The position numbers and the translations under genes were made by a program. DNA of 64,000 nucleotides, from NCBI GenBank assembly GCA_963801605.1, contig CAWDFP010000006.1, forward strand, positions 800,001-864,000, read 5' to 3'. Source of the DNA: an uncultured candidate division Zixibacteria bacterium. GTDB lineage: Bacteria > Zixibacteria > MSB-5A5 > UBA10806. The notes under the pieces were generated by a model. The model did not search any database and was not told the DNA's origin. It saw only the letters and a list, made by a program, of their open reading frames with translations. This document shows, piece by piece, positions 20,468-29,061 of this stretch. Position 1 is the first letter of the stretch. The number at the start of each line of letters is the position of its first letter.

Positions 20468-23400
20468 TTACTCCGCTCCACCAGTCGGTTGAGTGCTGTT
20501 TAAAGTCGGCGAAGTCGTTTGCTGGAGTGTTGGTGTTGGCAGGATGCCGGGGATTGGAGGCGCCAATAGTCCACCCGGAGGACAATCCGGACAAGGATGA
20601 ATATCTGGTCCACCCTTAAAGTAATAGACCATAAAGGTAACGTCCAGGCCATTGAAATTGCATGAGGCGTTAACGTCTCCCACTACGTACCAGGTATTGC
20701 CGGGTGTGCACTCGCATGAATAAATGGGCAGCTGGCCGCTTTCCAAATAGCGCCCGGCGTAGAGCACATCAAGCCCGTCGAATACTTGATTCCCATTAAC
20801 ATCGCCAACGACATAATTACATCCCGGCCCGATGTTATCGACATAGAGGGTTACAGGTATAGATACGCATGAAGTGTCAGGATCGTTGGAATCAATCGTA
20901 ATGTGACCCGTATAGGTGCCTCTCGTAAGGTTAGTGGCGTCGAATGTAATGATGGCAAGAGTATCATCTCCGGCCGCAATCGTCCCCCCGTGAATATTGC
21001 TTCGGAGCCAGGTTGGCTGGCCATAAAACAGAATTGCCATATTACTATGCAGATAAGCAGCATTGTAAATAACCTGAAGCCCGTCCGTACCGCTGGGATT
21101 TTCAATACCCACGGTAGCTGAATTGAGGCTATGAGTACCACCATCCAAATAGCCATATTCATAAAGTATTCTGCCGTCCGGGTAAAGGATAGCCTCGAAA
21201 TTTGCAAAACCGGTACCGCCAGTAGATGTGTAGAACGGAGTAGAAGTGTAGCTGACAATAAATCTGTTATTGGCAGCATCGTGATAATATAGGACGGAGC
21301 CGCCGTTTTGAGGACTCAGGTCATCCCAGAGAGGCGCCAGGAAGTTATTGGGTAGGTTGGCGCTGGGAATAGCAGCATTTAAGGAAACGGTTGAACCGCT
21401 GGTAAGTGTCAATAGCCCGTTGGCGCTAATGTATACGGCTGAGTAGTTGCTGCCATAGAATGAGAAATTCATGCCCATGTCAATGGGACCAACAAAGCCG
21501 TTATCACCGACGATTGCCGCCGGTGTGCCAACTCCGCTAATGTCAACCCAGGTATAGGCCGGGCCGCCCGGGTCATCGGAATCGATCCAACTATGGCCAA
21601 ACGCATCTGGTCCGCCATGATTGAAGATGACAGGCCGTTGATTCGGATCATCGCCCCTAATGGAATCGCCATTATTAACAAATTCCCCGATAGTGAAATT
21701 GAGCGATCCACCGCCGGTATTAGAAAGATTAATTGTATCCAAAACTACCTGGCCGGCCGAGGTTCTTTCAATGCATGAGCCTGGACTGTAAACTAAATTG
21801 GATGGAGGCAGCATGCCGAGGGCCGTGGTCATTTTAATTGCCCGGCCAGCTACCAGACGAGCAGCCGCAGGGTGATAAATGTTGTCAAAGGTGTATTCCA
21901 GCCCCTCGAAATTGTCAGGGTCCTGCATGCCGACTGTGGCATATAGCCCGGGCTTAACAGTATTGTATGTATCGTTATCGTCGTTGTATACGGTTTGGTA
22001 TTGGAATATCATCTCACAATCACCTGTAGGAGTGGGATAGTAGGCAGGATCATTGATTATCATCTGAAATGTTTCGGGATGATTTCCGGGCGCCTCGGTG
22101 TGTGTGCATGCTTTCCATTCAAGAATGAATCGGTGATTCACCGAATCCGCATATTGGAATACGCCGTTGTTACCGGTATATTCCAGATCATCCCACAATG
22201 GAGCGATAAGGCCATCTGGCGCGCTGGGCTCGGGAATCTGGTTGTTGTCGAAGGGAGACCAGTGGTGGGTCCCATCATATCGAGTCGTATCGAAAGCGAC
22301 AAATCCATTGATGGAAACCATCAGGTAACTATAGGTTTCACCATAGTAGTGAATACTAAACGGCAGATTATTGATCACTTTGGAATCATCGTCGGTTCCA
22401 AAACTGAATGTAACCCTTGAACCGCTTCCTCCGGCGTAAGGCGAAATTTCGACCCAATTGTATGTTGGGCAGGAGGTGTAGCTCACGTCAGTGTTATCAT
22501 AAAGATAATACCCATAGGAATCAGGGCCTATCGGATCGGATGGGTTTACTGCACCGGTCACTAAGGAAAACGGTACATGAGCGATTGCACCATTACCGGA
22601 GACGAGCTCCAGATTAAGATTCGAATTATGCCCTCGGTATACATTCCGTCCAGCACGAATAACAAATGGGGATGCCGTATTTGATCCCGTCGCATCGATC
22701 CCAATATCTCCGAAATTCGCGGTGCCATTGATTATAACAAGACTTGTATCGTTGCTTATTAGGGTACCTGAAAGAGCTGCACCGGCAAGCTGCCCCATAT
22801 TCTTGAGAGTGATCACGAAATTTGAGGTCTCTCCGGGATCCAATCTATTATTGGCGTTACCCGGATAGCTTAGACCCTGATTGACGAATAGTACGCTCTT
22901 AATATCAACCGGTAAGGCCGCTGTCCAGCTTCCTTGATTTGAGGTAATGGCAAGCTGCAGAAGATAGCGGTTGCCATTTACCAGATTGGATGCAAAATGA
23001 GCGGCAAACTTACCTGAGGTAACTGAATCTCCCGGGGCGATTGAGCCATAAGTTTGGTTGGCAACGGTAACAGTAATGCTGGAATCCAAACTTGTTAAGG
23101 TTGCTGAGACGTTATTGGCCGTAGAATCGGTTCCAAAATTGCGAAGATTTACGGCGAATTCCACTGTTTCCGAGGGATTGACGTTGCCGTCAGAATTTCC
23201 CTGGGAGTTGCCTGAGTTATCATCGTCAATTGTGATGGAGCCAACGTTGATTGCTACCGGGGTAGCCTCCACCAGGGCATAACCGCAATGAGGAATATAG
23301 TTGTAAGCTGAAACCGTTACGAACATGGTGTCAGCCACAGTGGTGGAGAAATTAAGGGAAATGTCGCCATTGGCGTTGGTTCTTCCGCCCACGAAAACCT

Positions 23401-25333
23401 CTTCGGCGCCTCTCCGACCCTTGACCAGACAGACATAAGCGCTATCCAGGGGCAGGCTATCCGAGCCGACCACGTGAACGGTAAGAAGATTAGTTCCCAC
23501 CGGAACGGTCTGGGGATAGGTTACCGTCATGCTCTGCGGAATACCGGTTCTAACCTCGAATTCAGGTTCGCCAAGAGGATTGAAGCTATATGTATAGTGG
23601 ACTACACTCGGCCACGGAGCGTTCGGTGATCGATTGAAAGGAAATGTGTCATACAGCTCCAGCTTTCCCATGAAGCAAGCGGATGCAAAATTACGAATAC
23701 CTTCCATAAGGATGGCTGCATAATAACCGACCATAAAAGGATTATCGTATCTGGTTTCGGTGTCTTCTCCACAGGCGCCAAAGTAACCGGGGCCACCTTT
23801 AAAGCCTGTTGTCGTTGAACCCATCGTGCACCAGTGTTCGCCGAAGCAATCCTGAGTGCCAAAATTACCGGTGCCGCATGTCGGGCAGCAGGCGGGTCCA
23901 ATTTTATTATTGAATTGAAGCGCATCCAGATTGGCTGTTGAAAACACTGGCGCACCCCAATGATCCGGGAATCCCCAGCCTCGGTATGATGTTATGCTAA
24001 CGCCGCGATTTAAAGCGGCTGTGATGCCGGAAATACCAGGATCATGACCGTCCCAATAAAACACCGTGTCAACCTGCTGGAAGCCCCGCCTTAAAAGCAT
24101 CTCGCGAACCCAAAGGGTTGCAAGACGGGGCGTCACTGCGCTCACGTTGCCGGCGCATGAAAAGCCTCGTAACCAGTAACTGGGATCACCCATATATGGT
24201 GTTTTATCATAGACTATGGCTTTCCAAATGGTTGTTCTCATAACAGTGTTTGTTATGGGCATCGACATTCTGGTAACCATGACATCGGCGAAATAGTCAC
24301 TGCCGTCAACGCAGGCATATTGATGATCGGAATCCAAGCCATCATGAGGAAAATCGATAATTTTATTTGCGACGAAGATACTTCCCATAATACAAACAAA
24401 CTCCGGAGGGGAATCCCAGGTATTATAAGCATTTTGGATATAATTAAATATCTGCGAAGCAGTGGGGCTGGCATTGTGGGCGATTGCAGAATCTGGAACC
24501 GTCACAACGGAATATCCCTTAAGATGTTTCCAGCGTGCCAGGTCCTGTACAAGGGAATCAGGGATAGTGCGAGGATAAAGAATTAAGTATCCACCTCTTA
24601 CCGGCTGATAGGAGGCCAGCATTTCATCGGCGTTGGGAACCAAAGCCCGATACATCGGAAGGAATGTTTCGGAAATTTTGTTGTTGCGTCTTATTTTTTG
24701 GTTTCTGGTATCGATCCCTTCGTAATTCAGCCGCCAGTCAATATTTGTATAAACTTTTAGCTCTCTTCTGACCGGGTTATATTGAATTGGACAGATTACC
24801 GCTGAAACCATGCGCAGATCCCTTAAAACGACTGGTTCCTGAACCTGTACTAAATCTCGAGGATAAAATTCATCCTGTTGATAAAAAGCATCATCCTTCG
24901 TGAAAGGGATTACCTCGTCCGGCCGGCTATCCAGCGGTTGACGCTGAAACGGATAGACATCAACATTTTCGATAATCTGATAAGATGATGAAATAATTTC
25001 TGCTCTGACGCCCGCTTGATCGGGTATGGCGACCATCTGAGAATAAACTGGCAGATCGGGGAGGCCCTCGGTATCTGTCTGTCCGAATTTTTCAGGAGTA
25101 TCGGTAATTGGTAAAACTTGCTGGTAGTTCGTAGCTGAAACCGCCTTATCAGATAGCTCTACGCCAGCCAGACGGAAAGTAAAGCCGGTTTGTGATGTGG
25201 TAGAAATTGTCTTCTCCAAGTGAACCTGGCCAATATTAGACGCTTCCAGAACCACCTGTCTGGCACCCTCGCTTGCCCCGAGGGTTACAACAGGCAATGC
25301 AAAAATCAACATTACCAACAACGCGGTTCTCAT
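20468..25333 (-). CDS. Secreted C25 (gingipain-like) peptidase-family protein with propeptide, Ig-like repeats and C-terminal dockerin-like domain
   Basis: Signal peptide; propeptide (GLPDLP, LRDLRMV, PIQYNP); LARWKHLKG, SDHQY, CGTGNF, LGEPE; C-terminal GDVNG...GDVNASC...CPDCPP. Confidence 0.88.
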   Translation of the reverse strand: MRTALLVMLIFALPVVTLGASEGARQVVLEASNIGQVHLEKTISTTSQTGFTFRLAGVELSDKAVSATNYQQVLPITDTPEKFGQTDTEGLPDLPVYSQMVAIPDQAGVRAEIISSSYQIIENVDVYPFQRQPLDSRPDEVIPFTKDDAFYQQDEFYPRDLVQVQEPVVLRDLRMVSAVICPIQYNPVRRELKVYTNIDWRLNYEGIDTRNQKIRRNNKISETFLPMYRALVPNADEMLASYQPVRGGYLILYPRTIPDSLVQDLARWKHLKGYSVVTVPDSAIAHNASPTASQIFNYIQNAYNTWDSPPEFVCIMGSIFVANKIIDFPHDGLDSDHQYACVDGSDYFADVMVTRMSMPITNTVMRTTIWKAIVYDKTPYMGDPSYWLRGFSCAGNVSAVTPRLATLWVREMLLRRGFQQVDTVFYWDGHDPGISGITAALNRGVSITSYRGWGFPDHWGAPVFSTANLDALQFNNKIGPACCPTCGTGNFGTQDCFGEHWCTMGSTTTGFKGGPGYFGACGEDTETRYDNPFMVGYYAAILMEGIRNFASACFMGKLELYDTFPFNRSPNAPWPSVVHYTYSFNPLGEPEFEVRTGIPQSMTVTYPQTVPVGTNLLTVHVVGSDSLPLDSAYVCLVKGRRGAEEVFVGGRTNANGDISLNFSTTVADTMFVTVSAYNYIPHCGYALVEATPVAINVGSITIDDDNSGNSQGNSDGNVNPSETVEFAVNLRNFGTDSTANNVSATLTSLDSSITVTVANQTYGSIAPGDSVTSGKFAAHFASNLVNGNRYLLQLAITSNQGSWTAALPVDIKSVLFVNQGLSYPGNANNRLDPGETSNFVITLKNMGQLAGAALSGTLISNDTSLVIINGTANFGDIGIDATGSNTASPFVIRAGRNVYRGHNSNLNLELVSGNGAIAHVPFSLVTGAVNPSDPIGPDSYGYYLYDNTDVSYTSCPTYNWVEISPYAGGSGSRVTFSFGTDDDSKVINNLPFSIHYYGETYSYLMVSINGFVAFDTTRYDGTHHWSPFDNNQIPEPSAPDGLIAPLWDDLEYTGNNGVFQYADSVNHRFILEWKACTHTEAPGNHPETFQMIINDPAYYPTPTGDCEMIFQYQTVYNDDNDTYNTVKPGLYATVGMQDPDNFEGLEYTFDNIYHPAAARLVAGRAIKMTTALGMLPPSNLVYSPGSCIERTSAGQVVLDTINLSNTGGGSLNFTIGEFVNNGDSIRGDDPNQRPVIFNHGGPDAFGHSWIDSDDPGGPAYTWVDISGVGTPAAIVGDNGFVGPIDMGMNFSFYGSNYSAVYISANGLLTLTSGSTVSLNAAIPSANLPNNFLAPLWDDLSPQNGGSVLYYHDAANNRFIVSYTSTPFYTSTGGTGFANFEAILYPDGRILYEYGYLDGGTHSLNSATVGIENPSGTDGLQVIYNAAYLHSNMAILFYGQPTWLRSNIHGGTIAAGDDTLAIITFDATNLTRGTYTGHITIDSNDPDTSCVSIPVTLYVDNIGPGCNYVVGDVNGNQVFDGLDVLYAGRYLESGQLPIYSCECTPGNTWYVVGDVNASCNFNGLDVTFMVYYFKGGPDIHPCPDCPPGGLLAPPIPGILPTPTLQQTTSPTLNSTQPTGGAE

Positions 25334-25718
25334 GTTGCCTCCAAATGAATTAAAGAGTTTAGGGGAATATTAATAAATATCGTTTTAATAAGCCTGAAAA
25401 ACAGTGGGAGAAAGGAAAGCACAAATGACACAAAAACGCCCTTATTAATCCAAACTAGTCGGCTTAATAATAGCTCCTATTAAGCAATAAAACATATTTT
25501 TGCTTGCCGAAGATTTATATGATTGCGTAATAATACAATCATTCCCGACAGCGATGACGGGAAAACTATCTACGGTATTTCCTTTAATAACAAAATCAAC
25601 GGTTGTCAAAGTCAAGCTCCCAAAGTACGAACCACTACCAAGGAGTATTTTTCGTACAATATATTGATCCAAAAGCCCAATACAATCTTATTTTAATAAA
25701 ATTGGTAGTTTCTATTAA

Positions 25719-25751
25719 TAGTAGTATTATAGTAGTATTATTGTGGTATAA
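25719..25751. repeat. 11-bp tandem repeat x3
   Basis: TAGTAGTATTA TAGTAGTATTA TTGTGGTATAA. Confidence 0.7.
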
Positions 25752-26363
25752 TTATTCCAATCTTGTAGCAACCATCAATTAATGTTAATTAGCTGCCTTT
25801 GTGGCGTGATTGAGGTCATCTATTAATACTCTTGGACAAACATCCCGTATTAATCGGTTGAGTAAACCGATGAATTTTGAGAACGCGTTGCTATATAAAA
25901 CTCCAATTGATAAAGACATAGCTCCGATTTGCGTGTTGCGCCACTCCCGGGCAAGGCAATTCCAAAATTTAGAAAATGCATACGGGCGTTCATATATTTA
26001 GGATGCCATGATGGCAGATATGCGGTTTTGCCCCCAAAAAAAGGCTAATTCCAGGCGATATTCATATTAAAATCAAAACACAAAATTGGCAGGCTTCTGG
26101 GATTTGTTTTCAAAACGCCTATCGATTTACAATTTTAGTGATTTTAATTAATTTAATAGACTGTAAGTCTCCGATATTTCTTCAGGCCCTTCCCAGGCAG
26201 CTAATATTTAATCCGAATCTGCCGAAATTCATAATGTTGAATAACTTTAGCGCTCCTTCATTATCTCGATTTTTTAAAAAATGTCGGAGCTCAGGGAATC
26301 GCGGGAATCCGGGATTTTCCGAAAAAATAGGAGCGCCTAACAGGTAGAGATGGAGAAATCCGT

Positions 26364-28364
26364 ATGAATTCTCTTAAAGCAATATGCCTATTAATGGCTA
26401 TTGTCATTATGGCCGCGAATAGTGCATCCAATGCACAGGATAGCACATCGGCTGCTGATAATTTGTCTATTGAGGATCTCCTCAATACCCAAATCAGCAC
26501 TGCGGCCAAATATACCCAGGCAGTCAGTCAAGCTCCAGCATCAGTAACGATTATCACCTCCGATGAAATACAGCATTTTGGATATCGTACATTGAAAGAC
26601 GTTCTTTCTGCAGTCCGAGGGTTTTATACAAGCTACGATAGGAATTATGCCTATGTGGGCGTTCGCGGTTTCGGCAGGCCTACCGACTATAATAATCGCA
26701 TTCTGCTCTTGTTAAATGGTCATACCTTAAATGAGGATATTTATGGTTCAGCCCCCATCGGTACCGAATTTGGCCTGAATCTGAATAGCGTGGAACGAAT
26801 CGAAATTGTTCGCGGACCGGGCTCCGCGCTTTATGGGACAGGGGCGATGTTCGCCATTATTAATGTCATCACAAAAAGCGGAAAGGATATTGATGGATTC
26901 CAGGTTAATGGGGAGACCGGTAGTTATGGGAGAGCCTTGGGTTCGCTGGTAATGGGAAAGGAAATTGGCGATGATATTGAAATTGCGGTCACCGGCCAGG
27001 TAGGAAATATTGAGGGGCAGAATTTATTTTTCAAAGAATATAATTATCCTTCAACCAATTTCGGCATAGCTAAAAAACTTGATGGCGACCGATTTTACGG
27101 ATTCTTAACCAACCTTTCATATAAAAAACTATCTATCGAAGCTTTCCGATCCTCCCGGGAAAAAGACGTTCCAACGGGGGCCTGGGATGCCCCTTTTAAT
27201 GCTCGTCCCTCGAAAAGTCTCGATGAGTGGAATTTTATCGAAACTAAATATCAGGATCAAATTAAAAACAATTTAAGCCTTTCGGTAAGAGGGTATTATG
27301 ATTTTTATTTTTATAAAGGCTGGTTTCCTTACGAGACCCCCACGTTTGATGAATCAAATGGCCAATGGTATGGAAGCGAAGCTCAGGTTTGTTGGGATAT
27401 AAAGTCGAACAACCGCTTAACCATCGGGGGTGAATATCAAAATCGCATTCACGCTTCTTATAAGTATTGGAATGCCGACACTGTCTATTTTGATCGAAAT
27501 TTCCCGTCCTATGCGCTTTCGTTTTATATTCAGGATGATTACCAGGTCAGGGAAGACTTCTCGATTACATTGGGAATTCGACGGGATAGGTATAACACTC
27601 CTGCCAGCACCACCACTCCCAGAATTGGAGTGATTTATGATCCCTTTAACTCCAGTACATTGAAGTTGCTTTATGGCGAAGCTTTTCGCAAACCCAATAT
27701 TTATGAATCTTATTATGAAGATGCAATATCGGGGTATAAGGCCAATAAATATCTCAAGCCGGAAAATATTCAAACGGCCGAATTGGTGTGGGAGCAAGGT
27801 TTTGGAAACAGTATTATGGGCACGATATCAATTTACAATTATTCCATGAAAAATCTAATCGACCAGGTGATCGATCCAGCAGATTCGCTGATTCAATATC
27901 AGAATATCAGTAATATCAAAGCAAAAGGTGTTGAATTAGAACTGGATATGCGGAAGAAAACCGGATTGGCCGGTTCTATCAACTTTGCATATCAAAAGGC
28001 CAGAGATTCCAAGTCGAACAGGATTCTGACCAATTCGCCCGAATTTATTGCCAAAGGAAGTATTTCGTATCCTGTGGGAAAGTGCTTAAACCTGGCATCG
28101 GAACTTCTTTATGAATCTGAACGCTTGACAATTCAAAATCTTAAAACCAAATCCTATTTATTAACAAATTTAACCCTGGCTTTCAAGTCAACGTGTATGA
28201 AACGTGGCGGCCTTAATAACTTTATTGGCAAAATGGATATAACTCTTTCGATAAATAACATTTTTGATGTTTCGTATGAGTCGCCCGCGGGTTTTGAGCA
28301 TATAGAAAACGCTATACCTCAAGATAGGCGAAATTTCATCATATCGGCAGGATATAGATTTTAA
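26364..28364 (+). CDS. TonB-dependent receptor
   Basis: LSIEDLLN, APASVTII, plug RG...LLNG, ERIEIVRGPGSALYG, LKPE, C-terminal YRF. Confidence 0.93.
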   Translation: MNSLKAICLLMAIVIMAANSASNAQDSTSAADNLSIEDLLNTQISTAAKYTQAVSQAPASVTIITSDEIQHFGYRTLKDVLSAVRGFYTSYDRNYAYVGVRGFGRPTDYNNRILLLLNGHTLNEDIYGSAPIGTEFGLNLNSVERIEIVRGPGSALYGTGAMFAIINVITKSGKDIDGFQVNGETGSYGRALGSLVMGKEIGDDIEIAVTGQVGNIEGQNLFFKEYNYPSTNFGIAKKLDGDRFYGFLTNLSYKKLSIEAFRSSREKDVPTGAWDAPFNARPSKSLDEWNFIETKYQDQIKNNLSLSVRGYYDFYFYKGWFPYETPTFDESNGQWYGSEAQVCWDIKSNNRLTIGGEYQNRIHASYKYWNADTVYFDRNFPSYALSFYIQDDYQVREDFSITLGIRRDRYNTPASTTTPRIGVIYDPFNSSTLKLLYGEAFRKPNIYESYYEDAISGYKANKYLKPENIQTAELVWEQGFGNSIMGTISIYNYSMKNLIDQVIDPADSLIQYQNISNIKAKGVELELDMRKKTGLAGSINFAYQKARDSKSNRILTNSPEFIAKGSISYPVGKCLNLASELLYESERLTIQNLKTKSYLLTNLTLAFKSTCMKRGGLNNFIGKMDITLSINNIFDVSYESPAGFEHIENAIPQDRRNFIISAGYRF

Positions 28365-28477
28365 CCCCTAAATTATGGTAAAATGTGATTATTCGTGAAT
28401 ATCAATACCAGACCGTCAGGAAAATGTGCGCGAGTATGCAAGAACGTCAGGGAAATTCTAAGTAATAATGAGATGAA

Positions 28478-29044
28478 ATGAAGACTCTTATTTTCGCTTT
28501 AATTTTCATATTAACGATAAATTTGGTCGTCGCGCAAACGGTTGAAGTTCCGGTCGAGCTGCAGCATTCGCTATTTATGAAAATATTGTCGTTCGATAAA
28601 AATATTAAGGCTCGGGCGGGCAGCGAAATTATCATTGGCATTATATATCAAAAGAATTTTAAAATCTCCCTTGACACCAAGGATGAAATATTGAAAGCTT
28701 TTAGCAAATCGCCCGTGAAAGATATTAATAATATTCCAGTTCGCTTTGTGCCAATTGACATCGATGAAGAGACCGACTTGGGCGCCAGCGTCACAAAATA
28801 CGGAATCAGCGTGTTTTATGTGGCCCCTTTACGGGCCACACAGCTCAGTTCAATAATTGCCCTGGCTAGAAGTAAACAAATTCGAACCATGACGGGCGTA
28901 CCGGATTATGTCGTATCCGGATTAGCTCTGGGAATCGGGGCCAAAGGCGGGAAACCATTGATATTGGTCAACCTTGCCGCCGCCAAAATGGAAGGAGCCA
29001 ATTTTAATTCACAATTATTAAAATTGGCCAAGATTATAGAATAA
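28478..29044 (+). CDS. YfiR/HmsC-like (DUF4154) periplasmic protein
   Basis: Signal peptide; C-terminal ILVNLAAAKMEGANFNSQLLKLAKII typical of the family; located between a TonB receptor and a HAMP kinase. Confidence 0.8.
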   Translation: MKTLIFALIFILTINLVVAQTVEVPVELQHSLFMKILSFDKNIKARAGSEIIIGIIYQKNFKISLDTKDEILKAFSKSPVKDINNIPVRFVPIDIDEETDLGASVTKYGISVFYVAPLRATQLSSIIALARSKQIRTMTGVPDYVVSGLALGIGAKGGKPLILVNLAAAKMEGANFNSQLLKLAKIIE

Positions 29045-29061
29045 TTTATCGTTAATAAACA

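Noticed and set aside
26292..26316. Cobalamin riboswitch before the TonB receptor
   Set aside because: AGGGAA...AATCCGG resembles the 5' part, but no B12 box (GCCACTG...GGGAAG) or other conserved core is present.
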